From assembly GCF_006345805.1 (NCBI RefSeq), contig NC_043005.1:62000001-62064000 (forward strand): DNA of 64,000 bases, written 5' to 3'. The stretch is from Octopus sinensis. Its lineage: Eukaryota. Positions 38,584-51,127 of this stretch are shown piece by piece. The translations under genes were made by a program, and so were the position numbers. How positions within the stretch are numbered: the stretch's first letter is position 1; each line of letters opens with the position of its first letter. Under the pieces are notes generated by a model. It was not told where the DNA came from, did no database searches, and saw nothing but the letters and a program-made list of their open reading frames with translations.

Positions 38584-39809
38584 TCAGATTATTTTGTCCA
38601 GTGCATTAGAAATTCTGCCAGGGTTTATACTTTATCTTTTTGATATTGGTTTCAAATTTTTTGGCACAAGGCCAACAAGTTTGGGGTAGGAAGAAAGCCA
38701 ATTACATCAATAGCAGTGCTTGATTGGTACTCATATTATTGACTCCTAGAAGATGAAAGGCAAAGTCGACCTTGGCAGAATTTGAACTCAGAATGTGAAG
38801 ATGGATGAAGTGCTGCTCCAAGTATTTTACCTGGTTTGCTAACAATTCTGCCAGCTCACCGCTGTTTGCTTTCTCTCATCATTGATATTGGCAGGATGAA
38901 AGGTTAAAGTGACCTTGTTGAGATTTGAATTCAGAACATAAAATGCTGGCACAAATACAACAAGACATTTTGTTTGAGTCTTTAACAATTCTGCCAATCG
39001 ACCATCATTATTGAAGCATGACATCATAATTGGAATTACTTGAAAGTTGTAACTTCATAGAATAAAATAATTGCTTTATATTACATTGAACACTGCGATT
39101 TGACACTATGCTGACTCAGCCATCTGCAGCTGCAGCCTGTTCACCATAAATGCTGTGTCATAATATCATTGATGATATAACTGTAATAAAATGAAGGATT
39201 TACTGGATATTTAAAAATTGCTATTCAACATCTCAATGAACTTTCTTGTTGAAAGAATTGAGTGGTCATATACTGAATGAATGAATCACTCTTATGGAGA
39301 GAGAGAGCGAGAGAGAGAGAGAAGGGAGTGTGACAGACAGATAAACAGAGGTGAAAGAGAGAACTATGGATAGCAGAATCAATAGAGTGATTGACAAAAA
39401 GCCTTGGAGTATTTAGTCATTTCCCTTCATGCTCTCCGTTCAAATCTGGTTAAATTCAACTTTGACTTTCTTACTTCCAGAGTTGATAAAATTAATTAGG
39501 TGCCATTTAATTGAATGCTTCCCCTCTCCCACAAAATTGTGGCTTTGTGTGTCTATGCTAGAAATTTATTACTTTTAGAGAGTTGGGTGGTTTGGTAGTT
39601 ATGGTAAACGCTTCAGTCTAAATGCCTTCCAGCAGTTAATCTTGACCTATGTTCTGCCAGGTTTAATTTTACTATTCACTGTTTTAGACTTTATGTTATA
39701 AATATCAGTAATATAATGAGGATTGATTCAAATAGCTGAGTACAGTACTGGCTGGGAGGTTGAAATATTCACTTTGAAACTGTACGGTTCTAGGTTTGAT
39801 TCTGCTTCT

Positions 39810-40334
39810 TGACACTCAGATTATTCTGCTTATTTATTCATATTGTTTTCAATTAATCATACATTATCTCGTAGCTTTGAAGGTGCGTGGCTTAGTGGTT
39901 AGGACATTCGGCTCACGATTGTAAGGTCGTGAGTTCGAATCCCGGCGACACGTGTCCTTGAGCAAGACACTTTATTTCATGTTGCTCCAGTTCACTCAGC
40001 TGGTAAAAATGAGTTTGTACCTGTATTTCAAAGGGCCGGCCATGTCACACTTTGTGTCACGCTGAATCTCCCTGAGAACTACGTGTCTGTAGATTGCTCA
40101 GTCCCTTGTACGTTAATTTCATGAGTAGGCTGTTCCGTTGATCGTATCAGCTGGGACTCTCGTCGTCGTAACCGACAGAGTGCTCCTATTTTGTAGCTTT
40201 GAGATTTTGATGATGCATTTATTTAATTTTAGAATGACATTGCAGAGTAGTTGTGAAAAGCTTGATTTAGTCAGTTTGAACACAAAGCATGTAGAATATC
40301 TGGACCTGAAATAGACGGTTTGGATGCTAAAGGG
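39810..40334. mobile_element. piggyBac-type MITE, copy 3 (hosts a SINE)
   Basis: Right end GATGCTAAAGGG|TTGA; body colinear with copy 1; left end decayed. Confidence 0.6.
39881..40186 (+). mobile_element. SINE family B with TSD
   Basis: tRNA-like head GCGTGGCTTAGTGGTT...GAGTTCGAATCCC; GTAGCTTTGA duplicated at 39871-39880 and 40193-40202. Confidence 0.9.
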
Positions 40335-40533
40335 TTGAACAAATGTTAGAAAATTAGCAGAAGTATGTTATCGTTAGCAACATTGGCGTTGTAAGAAGAA
40401 CAAAGGGGAGGAGACTCAATACATGTATAGAAGTATAGAGCATATATTTATGATTTAGGGAATTGAAGATAGAATTCTTTTCAGTGACTGATTAGTTTCA
40501 TCTCAGAATAAAAACTTATTGTGTGTGTGTGTT

Positions 40534-40567
<34 letters not shown>

Positions 40568-40729
40568 AATATAAATATAAATAATGATGGTGATATATTG
40601 AATATTAACTTAATTTAATTAACATTCAATTTAAAACCAGTAGCCTAGCATATAGAAAAATCTGAAAATTCAGAAAAATTGTAATACATGCATATAATAA
40701 AATGCGTATAATAAGAGATGACCACTAAG

Positions 40730-41305
40730 TGGACATCCAATATGCTAGAAGAAGATCATCTACGATCTAACTACAAAGAAAAGAATGTTCTCTAGAGAAA
40801 TTCAGCAAACACCAGAACAAAAGCGGGTAAGACAGATGAAAAATCATAATTGGAATTACTTGAAAGTTGTTACTTCATAGAATAAAATAATTTCTTTATA
40901 TTACATTGAACACTGCGATTTGACACTATGCTGACTCAGCCATCTGCAGCTGCAGCCTGTTCACCATAAATGCTGTGTCATAATATCATTGATGACATAA
41001 CTGTAATAAAATGAAGGATTTACTGGATATTTAAAAATTGCTATTCAACATCTCAATGAACTTTCTTGTTGAAAGAATTGAATCACTCTTATGGAGAGAG
41101 AGAGCGAGAGAGAGAGAGAAGGGAGTGTGACAGACAGATAAACAGAGGTGAAAGAGAGAACTATGGATAGCAGAATCAATAGAGTGATTGACAAAAAGCC
41201 TTGGAGTATTTAGTCATTTCCCTTCATGCTCTCCATTCAAATCTGGTTATACAAAATACAGAATTTAAATCGTAGATGATCTTCTTCTAGCATATTGGAT
41301 GTCCA
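40730..41305. repeat. Perfect 37-bp inverted repeats enclosing the second duplication copy
   Basis: TGGACATCCAATATGCTAGAAGAAGATCATCTACGAT at 40730-40766 and its reverse complement at 41269-41305. Confidence 0.93.
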
Positions 41306-41314
41306 ATTATACGC

Positions 41315-41358
<44 letters not shown>

Positions 41359-41570
41359 GGGTTCTTCCAGTTTCTGTTCATGAAATCTACTGATGAAGCT
41401 TTATCCAGCCTAGGACTATGGTAAGAAACATGTATTCAAGGTGCCATACAGTGTGCTAACCCAAAACCTTGCAGTTGGGAAGCAAACTTTTCAAGCCTAC
41501 AGCTGAGCATGTACTTCTCTCTCTCTCTTTGTATGTATGTGTGTGTGTGTGTATATATATATTTTCAAAA

Positions 41571-41772
41571 TGTGACCGCGTGTGTATCGTTAGCGATTTT
41601 TTTTTTTTCCTCCGTCTTCCCTTCCTTGGATCTTTCCTTTTCCTATGTTTCTGACATTTAAAACGTTAAATCCTCCTTCTTTCTTTCCTTTCCTGAGCAT
41701 CCTATAGCACTATACTTGTTCCACGTCCTCGCATTGTTGTGTTTTCTCTTTGTGTTTTCATGTTTGAATTAA

Positions 41773-41774
<2 letters not shown>
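41571..41774 (+). mobile_element. ~200-bp microsatellite-embedded element; hammerhead stem II deleted
   Basis: Colinear with 49031-49230, but GTTT CTGAC ATTTA AAACGTT lacks the stem II segment. Confidence 0.8.
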
Positions 41775-41809
<35 letters not shown>

Positions 41810-41812
<3 letters not shown>

Positions 41813-42891
41813 TGGTGACAAAAGGCCTCTCGCACAGAGTGAAAGGCAGACTGTATGATGCGTGTGTACGAACAGCCATGCTACATGGCAGTGAAACATG
41901 GGCCGTGACTGCTGAGGATATGCGTAAGCTCGCTAGAAATGAAGCCAGTATGCTCCGATGGATGTGTAATGCCGGTACTCACACTCGGCAGAGTGTAAGT
42001 ACCTTGAGAGAAAAGCTGGACCTAAGAAGCATCAGTTGTGGTGTGCAAGAGAGACGTTTGCGCTGGTATGGTCATGTGGCGAGAATGGATGAAGATAGTT
42101 GTGTGAAAAAGTGCCACACCCTAGCGGTTGAGGGAACCTGTGGAAGAGGCAGACCCAGGAAAACCTGGGACGAGGTGGTGAAGCACGACCTTCGAACTTT
42201 AGGTCTCACTGAGGAAATGACTAGAGACCGAGACCTCTGGAAGTGTGCTGTGCGCGAGAAGACCCGGCAGGACAAGTGAGTCCACAACCCGTGGCCTTCT
42301 ACATGGGATGGAGCCAGCCTACGTATGCATACCTTCCCTTCTTGGGACACAAAACTCTACTTGTGAAGACGTGTTGAGGCAAGTGAGGATCAGAATCGAA
42401 ATCGATCAATGGAAATTGCGGATGTGCTACCAGTGCCGGTGGCATGTCGAAACTCTGCTTGTGAAGACCCATTGAGGCAAGTGAGGATCAGAATCGAAAT
42501 CGATCAATGGAAATCGATCAATGGAAATTGCAGATGTGTTACCAGTGCCGGTGGCATGTAAGAGAACTTTCCGTTTCGCGACCGTTGCCAGCACCGCCCC
42601 GTTTCGTGTCCGTTGCCAGCCTCGCCTGGCCCTCGTGCCGGTGGCACATAAAAAGCACCATCCGTTCGTGGCCGTTTGCCAGCTCTGTCTGGCACCAGTG
42701 CGGGTGGCACGTAAAAAGCACCCACTACACTCACGGAGTGGTTGGTGTTAGGAAGGGCATCCAGCCGTAGAAACACTGCCAGATTTGACTGGGCCTGATG
42801 AAGCCTTCTGGCTTCACAGGCCCCAGTAGAACCGTCCAACCCATGCTAGCATGGAAAACGGACGCTAAATGATGATGATGATGATGATGAT
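41810..42891 (+). mobile_element. 5'-truncated RTE LINE (ORF C-terminus + 3' UTR + (GAT)n tail)
   Basis: Open ORF 41809-42279 (GRLYDACVRTAMLHGSETW...GRGRPRKTW), highly similar to 21297-21920. Confidence 0.93.
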
Positions 42892-42897
42892 ATATAT

Positions 42898-43402
42898 CAT
42901 CATCATCATCATTTAACGTTCGCTTTCCATGCTAGCATGGGTTGGACGGTTCAACTGGGGTCTGGGGAGCCCGAAGGCTGCACCAGGCCAGTCAGATCTG
43001 GCAGTGTTTCTACAGCTGGATGCCCTTCCTAACGCCAACCACTCCGAGAGTGTAGTGGGTGATTTTATGTGCCACCGACACAGGTGCCAGACGAGGCTGG
43101 TGAACGGCCATGCTCGGATGGTGTTTTTTTTCATGTGCCACCGACACAGGTGCCAGACGAGGCTGGCAGACGGCCACGCTCGGATGGTGTTTTTATGTGC
43201 CAGATGAGGCTGGCGAACGGCCATGATCGGATGGTGTTTGTTACGTGCCCACAGCACGGAGGCCAGTCGATGTGTTACTGGCTACGGCCACGTTCGGATG
43301 GTTTTCTTGTGTGCCACCGGCACTGGTACCACAAGGATACAAATTCCATTGATGTTCATCTATTTTGATTTGTTTTGATTTGATTTGATTTGATTTTGAT
43401 TT

Positions 43403-43405
<3 letters not shown>
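42898..43405 (-). mobile_element. RTE 3' UTR copy, tail-to-tail with the preceding LINE
   Basis: (CAT)n begins 6 bp after the (GAT)n tail; ends in (GATTT)n. Confidence 0.9.
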
Positions 43406-43436
<31 letters not shown>

Positions 43437-44706
43437 CCTTTTCCCTTGGTTTGTATAGATCTCTGTCTCATGCTCCTTGGTTTGTGTATGTGAGACATTG
43501 CCGTTTGGAGATTAAGTGATTGCTCTACTTTACATTGGGAAGATTTTTATCACCGCTGAACTTAATGAAACTAGAAGACAAGCAAATGAGTAATCCTGTA
43601 TTTGGTTGCTCAGCTTGCTTGAAATAACAGCCAAATATCCATCAAATTTCACTTTGTCCCACCATCTGAAAAAAAGCAAGGGACATATTAGATAATATAG
43701 TCTTAGATATGCATTGCCAGTATGAAGAAAGATTATCATGGCAAAAATACATTTGATTATAGATCAGCTAAGTCATGATTGATCAATGATTAAACTACAA
43801 AAACAAACAACAGATCAAAGGAGAATCCAACAGAGTCTGTTGCCTTGCCATCAGCTGAATAATTTGAAAGCCAACAGGCAATATATGAGAGGAACTGTGG
43901 ACCAGGGGATCAAAGCATCATTGGCAATGAGCTACAAACGGTATATCAAGGAATAGACTTCCTTAGCTAGCTCTGATTTCCATACTGTGATGACCATGAT
44001 GACATATAATCCAACCAGCTTTTTGATCCTCTCATAAATAAGGATATGAGAATAATATGAGGCTTGAAGGAATTGGGAGAATTCTTGCCAGATTTGGCAT
44101 TAATTATACTAATTTACTATTTTCAGAGTAAGTCTTGGGCAATAGGGTATTTCATCATGTGAAACGCCATTTGATATATTTATTTATTGATTGATTTTAA
44201 TATAGAATATGCTTGGGTTTAATTTTTGCTTGTTTGTGTGTGATAACAACATCAACATGTGGGAAGTTATTAAAGTACACCATTTCAATCTAGCTATTCT
44301 TCTGTTTAGCTATTCTTCTGTAGGTTTCTTAATTTACAAAGACAAAAAAAAAGAAAATTCTGTTCTTTGTTTTGCATTTCCTTAACATTACAACACGAGC
44401 AAGTGAAAGAAAAGGACAGAAGCTATAGAAATACAGAGATAGTGATAGAGGAAGAGTAAGAAGACGGGAGGAGAGAGAGAGAGTAATGTGGTGAGTAAAG
44501 AAGGAGAGGTTATTAACCATTTGTGACATTATCAGCTTACAGATTCTTTTGAACAGATTGACATATTAATGCAGTTAGGATCTGCAGCTGTTTATGTCTT
44601 AAGTGATTGTTTGAAGTAGCTGACATGGAACACAGATACAAGGAAATAATAATAATGATAATAATAATAATAATGGGTCAAAGCAACACTTTAACAAACA
44701 ATCCAT

Positions 44707-44749
<43 letters not shown>

Positions 44750-45099
44750 AAAACGTGTGTGTATGCATGTATGTATGTATATCATTCTATGAATTTTGTT
44801 GTTGAGCAGCTCCAAGGTAGCCCTAATCAAGTGGACCCATGATAAATGTTGTTCTAGCTATGAACATCATGTTTTTACTTTAGACATTATATATATATAT
44901 ACACACACATATGTGTGTATATGTATGTATATATGAATTTATATATATATATATATATAAATATGTGTGTATATCAATATATATATACATGTATATATAT
45001 ATCTATATTTATATATATGTATATATATAAATATGTATATGTATATATATATATATAAATTTTATTTATTCTTTTCGAATATTTACTACTGTACCAAGG

Positions 45100-45660
45100 A
45101 CATTCTATTTCTACTGTGATTATATGTGAGTGTGTGTGCGTATCCAGTTATATGCCATACCCAGTAAATATATTTCTTGATGTTACAGAGGTGAATGTGA
45201 AGCATATAAATGAAAGGGAGAAGGAAGAATGAAAAAAAAGAGAGTAAATCTAAAAAAAAAATGATAAAATTTAACAAGCGAGTTCTGGGAGAGAAGAGAA
45301 ATGATGAAAAAAATTGAAGGAAAAGTGGAGAAAAATTATTTCAATAAATCACCGATAAATTAAATATATATCAAACATAATGCTGGTGAAAGTTCATGGG
45401 GATATGCTACCGGTGCAAAGTCCTGGAAGATAGAAATGTCCATAATATGATGAGGAGGTGATAATTGAAAATCTTTAGAAAACCAATAGATGCGTAAGCA
45501 TATGATGGAGTTTTAAGCATTTATAATGGAAGAAAGGTGAAAGCGAAAGTCCTGAGAATTCTGGGAAGGAGGGGCTTGTGTATGTAGAAATGGTGTAGGT
45601 GTATTAAGAGCATGTGGGTAGGTGTGGATAAAAAAAGTTAAAAGGGAAAGAAATCTTTAG
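45100..45660 (-). mobile_element. Possible very old Penelope-like 3' remnant
   Basis: Minus-strand translation faintly resembles FPxN...TC...TSP and HxMDISI...YPHEL, followed by a pyrimidine-rich tail; weak. Confidence 0.25.
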
Positions 45661-45869
45661 GGAGATGAGCTAGTGGGTGAATGGCAGTACGTATGTGTTT
45701 GTGGAGAGTGGATATGTGAAGGTGAGCATGCATGACCATGAAGATGTGTAAGGGTGTGTGTGTGTGTGCATTCGTGCATGCATGTGTGTGAAGAGATTAG
45801 TGTATGTACAAGGCAGTGCTGAAAAGTTCCTGGCTTTGGGTAAAAAAAATACAAGAGGATCAATTAATT

Positions 45870-46340
45870 ATGATTTAATCCAATATATTCTTCTCTCAAA
45901 TTAACACACTTATTGCTTTGTTTTTATAAACCCTTTTGTTCTGGTAGATGTTATACCAACAATACACCAAAGCCATATCAAATGGCCAAAAGCCCTTTGG
46001 GTCATTCCTTCTCCTTCAACTTTCTAACACCCTCCGTAGAATCTTTACTGCTCCTAACAAGGCTGTTTTCTGCAACATCCCCATTCTGATGGTAATTCTT
46101 AGCTTCTCAAGTCATGCATCCAACCTTTAACCAGCTTCCCCCAGTGTGCCAACCACAATCAGTACCACTTCTACATGCCTGATTCTCCATAGTTTCCTGA
46201 TTTCCTATTTCAACTGATATATCTCCACTTTTTCATTTTCCTTCTCATTCATCCTGTGGTCCCACGGTGAAGCAATATCCACAATAATTGCTTTGTTCTT
46301 CATCTTTTCTACAACAACAATGTCAGGTTTTCTATCCACA
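45870..46340 (-). mobile_element. R4/NeSL-like LINE 3' fragment (restriction-like endonuclease)
   Basis: RKPDIVVVEK...IVDIASPWD...KENEKVEIYQL, then MLQKTALLGAVKILRRVLES. Confidence 0.8.
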
Positions 46341-46472
46341 AGGGCATCCAGCTGTAGAAACTCTGCCAGATGAAGACTGGAGCCTGGTGCAGCCATTTGG
46401 TTTGCCAGTCCTCAGTCAAATCATCCAACCCATGCTAGCATGGAAAGCGGACGTTAAACAATGATGATGATG
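46341..46472 (+). mobile_element. RTE 3' end fragment
   Basis: AGGGCATCCAGCTGTAGAAAC...GGACGTTAAAC(A)ATGATGATG. Confidence 0.85.
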
Positions 46473-46509
46473 AATAAAATGGTCATACTGGATGGTCATG
46501 TCCCACAAG

Positions 46510-46950
46510 ATCTCGTATTGCTGGGCAAAATACTTAGTGGTATTTCATCCATATTTACATTCTGAGTTCAAAAGTTGTCAAGGTTGACTTTTCCTTTCAT
46601 CCTTTTGGGGTTGATGAAATAAGTACCAGTTGAATGCTGGGGTTTATGTAACCGACTTACTTCCACCCTCCCCTGAAATTACTGACATTGTGCTAAAATT
46701 TGAAATCATCATTACTATCATTATTATCATCATTAAGGCAGCAAGCTGGCAGAATTGTTAGCACACTGGGAAAAATGCTGAGCAGCATTTCATCCATCCA
46801 TATGTTCTGAGTTCGAATTCTGCTAAGGTTGACTTTGCCTTTCATCCTTTTGGGGTCAATAGAATAAGTACCTGTGGAGCACTGGGGTCGATGTAATCAA
46901 CTGTCCCCTCCCTCAAATTTCAAGCTTTGTGCCTACAGTAGAAAGAATTA
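46510..46950 (+). mobile_element. Two adjacent SINE family C copies
   Basis: TTCTGAGTTC...GTTGACTTT..CTTTCATCCTTT cores at ~46560 and ~46805. Confidence 0.75.
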
Positions 46951-47529
46951 TTATTATTGTTATTTGATGATAATGATGATGATCATCATCATCTTCATTA
47001 TTTAACTTCTGCTTTCCATGCTGGCATGGGTCAGATGGTTTGACAGTAGCTAGTGAGCTGGAGGACTGAGCCAAGCTCTACTGTCTGTTTTGGCATGATT
47101 TCTACAGCTCAATGCTATTCCTAATGCCAACCACTTTACAGCTTACACTGGGTTATTTTTTTCTTTTTTATGTAGCACCAGCACCATGATGGTCAGGAAT
47201 AATGATATGATAGTCACGGCTGGAATGGTTTTGATCAAAGATCTACTCAGTCAAGACTGACTCAGGGTTAAACCCAAACAACAAAAGTAAAGGGCATGAT
47301 ATTTTGTCCCACCTAAATCAGTAAGAAGGTCCTTAAAAATTATTTGAAGCATTTCTGAAATGATTAAACAGCAAATACTATTGTTTAAATTATAACACAA
47401 GCAAATCAAAATACCAAGTTTCTGGTAATTGACCCTCACATCAGCCCTTAACCCCTCCACCAGAAGACAGAGATGGGGCCTCTTTGTGGTTGCTTGGCTT
47501 TTTCAAAGTCTTTCTTTTTTACCGTTTAG

Positions 47530-47596
47530 TAAGGATGCAGAGCAAGTGCTTGTGATTGTTTTAAAGGCTTCTGAAACTGTGAAAGGGAAGGGGAAG
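47530..47596 (+). CDS. Candidate internal exon (unverified)
   Basis: TTCTTTTTTACCGTTTAG acceptor, AAG|GTATGT donor, open frame KDAEQVLVIVLKASETVKGKGK; no recognised homology. Confidence 0.3.
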
Positions 47597-48107
47597 GTAT
47601 GTTCAGATGATAGACCTGGTCTTGGATACTTGCAACTGCATGGACCCTGCTAAAAGCACCTGAGTGCCAAATGGATATTGCTAGAAACAGCAACCAAAAA
47701 TTGTTTCAAATAACACTCTGCTATCTCAGAACAGAACATGTTGAATGATGTGGTCCCAGGTTTGATGGGGTGGTCATAGAGTGGAATGTCTTTGATCATA
47801 GGTGTGTTCACTCAGGATTGACCTATGAGTCAGTCCTGATTCATAAATATAGTTGGTGTGGGTTGGACTGAACTAAAACAAACAAGGCCAATAACCATTC
47901 ATGTGAAACAGTGAAGCAATAAAACTGCTCAAGCTAATAGGGAAAGGCAACAGAGAGAGAGAGAGAGAATTCTTATACAGTCAATCGATCTACTAGAATC
48001 AGCAGCCAAATAACATTCAAATTACACCCTTATCAATAAATACTTTCTTTAAAAAAATGAAAATACACATTGAACCATGTAGTTCTAGAGACACTCACAC
48101 CACTGAA

Positions 48108-48143
<36 letters not shown>

Positions 48144-49030
48144 AAAGAAAAATGTGATGAGATGGTCACAGCTGAAATGTCTTTCATTATAGATTTGTTT
48201 GATCTGGTCTGATCTGATAGTAAACAAAAAATATAAAATCAACTTTCTAATCTTGTTATAGTTGATAATATTTTCTTGTGTTTTTAAAAATTAATTTGAT
48301 AATTTTTGATTAATCTTTTGAAATTAATCTCTCAGTAGAAAGATTAAGGCACAATTGTTGTGGTAAGGTTAAGGTGTTGAACTACTGACTTGGTGTTATA
48401 AGTTTAAATCTTAATTTTAAGATATTTTGTTAAAGCTTCATCCCTTCCCTTGAGAAAAGACATGCATATACCTCTAGTTTTCTTGAATGAAAGAAGGGAA
48501 AACAGAAAAAGAAAAACCCCGCAAAAAAGTTTGAGTGGTTGGCATTAGGATGGTGGTGGTAGTGTGGTTGCTCATTTAACTGTAAAATCAATTGTTTCAA
48601 TAAAATCATTATCTCGGTCATGCAACTGTAGAGAGAAATAACAATCAATAAAAAAAACAATTTTTTTTTTGTAAAAACATTGAAAAGCAAACAAAATAAA
48701 TTAACAATAAAAATAATTGTGTTTTGGCTCCGACATCTGGGACTTTGCTGCTGTTACACAAACAAATATCTTAGGCTGCATGCAAAACAAAAGATGTTCC
48801 AAATGATTGACACAGAGGTCACTCATTAAACATTTCAGACTCTAACCCAATTACAATAAATGTAGGCATGGCTATGGGGTAAAAAGCTTGCTTCTTAAGC
48901 ACATGAATCCAGGTTCAGTCTCACTACATGGCACCTTGGGTAAATATCTTCTATGGCCTTGGGCTGACAAAAGCCTTGTGAATGGATTTGGTAGATGGAA
49001 ACTGAAAGAAGCTCATTGTGTATGTGTATA

Positions 49031-49226
49031 TGTGACCACGTGTGTATCGTTGGCGATTTGTTTTCCTCTGTCTTCCCTTCCTTTGATCTTTCCTTTTCCT
49101 ATGTTTCTGATGAAGAGCTCCGCTTGAAACGTTAAATCCTCCTTCTTTCTTTCCTTCCTTTCTTGAGCGTCCAATAACACTATATTTGTTCCACGTCCTC
49201 GTGTTGTTGTGTTTTCGTGTTTGGAT

Positions 49227-49230
<4 letters not shown>
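49031..49230 (+). mobile_element. ~200-bp non-coding element carrying a minimal hammerhead (Penelope pLTR / retrozyme-like)
   Basis: Second copy at 41571-41774; both are bounded by TA/TG microsatellite. Confidence 0.75.
49103..49137 (+). ncRNA. Minimal type I hammerhead ribozyme
   Basis: GTTT CTGATGA A GAGC-TCC-GCTT GAAA CG TT AAAT: intact core, 4-bp stem II, palindromic AACGTT stem III, short stem I. Confidence 0.7.
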
Positions 49231-49257
<27 letters not shown>

Positions 49258-49545
49258 GTTTGCGTTTTTTTGTGTCTGTGTTTGTCCCTCATCACTGCTT
49301 GACAACCAATGTTAGCGTGTTTATGTCCCTGTAACTTAGCAGTGTGGTGAAAGTGACTAATAGAATAAGTACCAGGTTTAAAAAGATAAAATAAGTCCTG
49401 GAGTCAGTTTGCTTGACTAAAATTTTTAAAAGTGGTGCCCCTGCATGGCTGTAGTCAAATAACAGAAACAAATAAAAGATAAAAGATCACACAAACAGCA
49501 GTCACTCTGTAGGGTGAACTACAGTTACCTTCTGGTTCTGTGTTA

Positions 49546-50818
49546 TTAGGTTGTTCCGAAAATAATAGCTGATTCCAGAAACAATTTTATTCTGGAGAAA
49601 TTAACAATAGATATGTTTTGATTAGTCAAAGTATGAGCCATGAACATCTATACATCTCTGCCATCAATCAACGAGATTATTTATGCCTCATTGATGAAAA
49701 CTTATTGGTTTTGATGCTAAGAAATCTTTGAAAGATGATTCCACCTCTGGTTTGGACCTGAAAGTTTTATCACTTAAAAACGTGTTTAAATGCTTTAAAA
49801 AATGGTAATCAGTGGTGAAATATTAGGAGAATATGGAAGATGTAGTAAAGTCTCGAATCCCAAGTCTGTGAGTTTCTGCAGCATCATTCTTGCAACATGT
49901 GGCTTTACATTATCGTGAAGCAGAATTGGGCCACACTGATTCACCAATGCAGGCTTCATTTTTTGAAAGTGAGCATGCATTTCAGTGAATTGATTGCAGT
50001 AATTCTGTAGTGCTCTGATTGGCTTCCAGAAAGCTGTAATGGACAACACCAATTGCAGACCACCAGACAGTCACCATAATCATTTGCTGATGCAACTTTG
50101 GCTTTGAGAAATGTTTGGGGGACTCATCACAATCAAGCCATTGAACAGATCATTTACAGTTATCATAAAGGATCCACTTTTCACCACAAGTGACTATTCT
50201 GTCAAGAAAAGGATCGTTGATGTTTCACAGAAAGAGCATTGAGTACACTTCAGAAAGCCAAACTTTTTGATTTTCTTTGAGCTCATGCAGTACCCATTTA
50301 TTGAGCTTTTTCACCTTACTAATCTTCTGCAGATTGCATGAGACCATTTCGATACTGACACCAAGTGCCTGAGACATTTCTCTAATACTTTGACATGGGT
50401 TTTGTGTAACAATTGCTTTCAATTGTTCATTGTCAAGACTGCATGACCATCCTCTATCTTCTTCATCATCAAGGCTCTCATCACCACTATGGAATTTCTG
50501 ACACCACTTTCGTACTGTGTGATCACTTGTGGACCCTTCTCCCCATGCTCTGTTGATATTGGCAGCAGTTTGGGAGGCATTGTGCCCAAGCTTGAACTCC
50601 TGAAAGAAAAGTAAGCGGTCTTTTTTTGTCATGTTTATAATTAAGGGTGCCTATGCTTCAAGAATGTTTTCTGTCTGAATTAAGTAGAAAATTATTAAAG
50701 AACATACATCAATTATTAAGTATGTCAAAATTCACCAAAAATATAATTAAAATACTATGATAAAAGTGTGTTTCAAAACACAACACTTAGAGCAGCTATT
50801 ATTTTCAGAACAACCTAA
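49546..50818 (-). mobile_element. Full-length decayed mariner transposon (Hsmar/SETMAR-like)
   Basis: TA|TTAGGTTGTTCCGAAAATAATAGCTG versus CAGCTATTATTTTCAGAACAACCTAA|TA: TIRs match 25/26. Confidence 0.93.
49700..50632 (-). pseudogene. Mariner transposase pseudogene
   Basis: FKLGHNASQTAANIN, KWVLHEL, IVTCGEKW (first catalytic D changed to G), LLHDNVKPH and PYSPNISP. Confidence 0.9.
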
Positions 50819-51073
50819 TAACTATTATTTTCCAATTATATTCTGTCTCAGTCTTATCCTTCTGAAATGACCAAAATGCATATGTGCAAGTGTAGCTGTG
50901 TGGTTAAGAAACTATCTTCTCAACTAAGTGGTTACAGGTTCAGTTCTACTATGTGGCACTCTGGGCAAATGCCTTCTGCTATACATCCAGGCTAACCAAA
51001 ACCTTGCAAGTAAACTTGGTAGATGGAAACAGAAAGAAGCCTGTTGTATATGTGCAAGTGTAAGTGTAGTGTA

Positions 51074-51104
<31 letters not shown>

Positions 51105-51127
51105 TTGTCTTGACCTCATATGATGAA

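Larger units (their letters stand above)
39023..41249. repeat. Recent direct duplication of ~420 bp (39023-39452 and 40843-41249)
   Basis: Near-identical from ATCATAATTGGAATTAC to CAAATCTGGTTA; the second copy lacks a ~23-bp internal stretch. Confidence 0.95.
48865..49487 (+). mobile_element. SINE family A split in its microsatellite by a hammerhead-bearing element
   Basis: Head 48865-49020; tail module 49260-49487. Confidence 0.75.

Noticed and set aside
39881-39950. tRNA gene (also other SINE heads)
   Set aside because: A/B boxes are present, but there is no complete acceptor stem and the sequence continues into a SINE body with a TSD.
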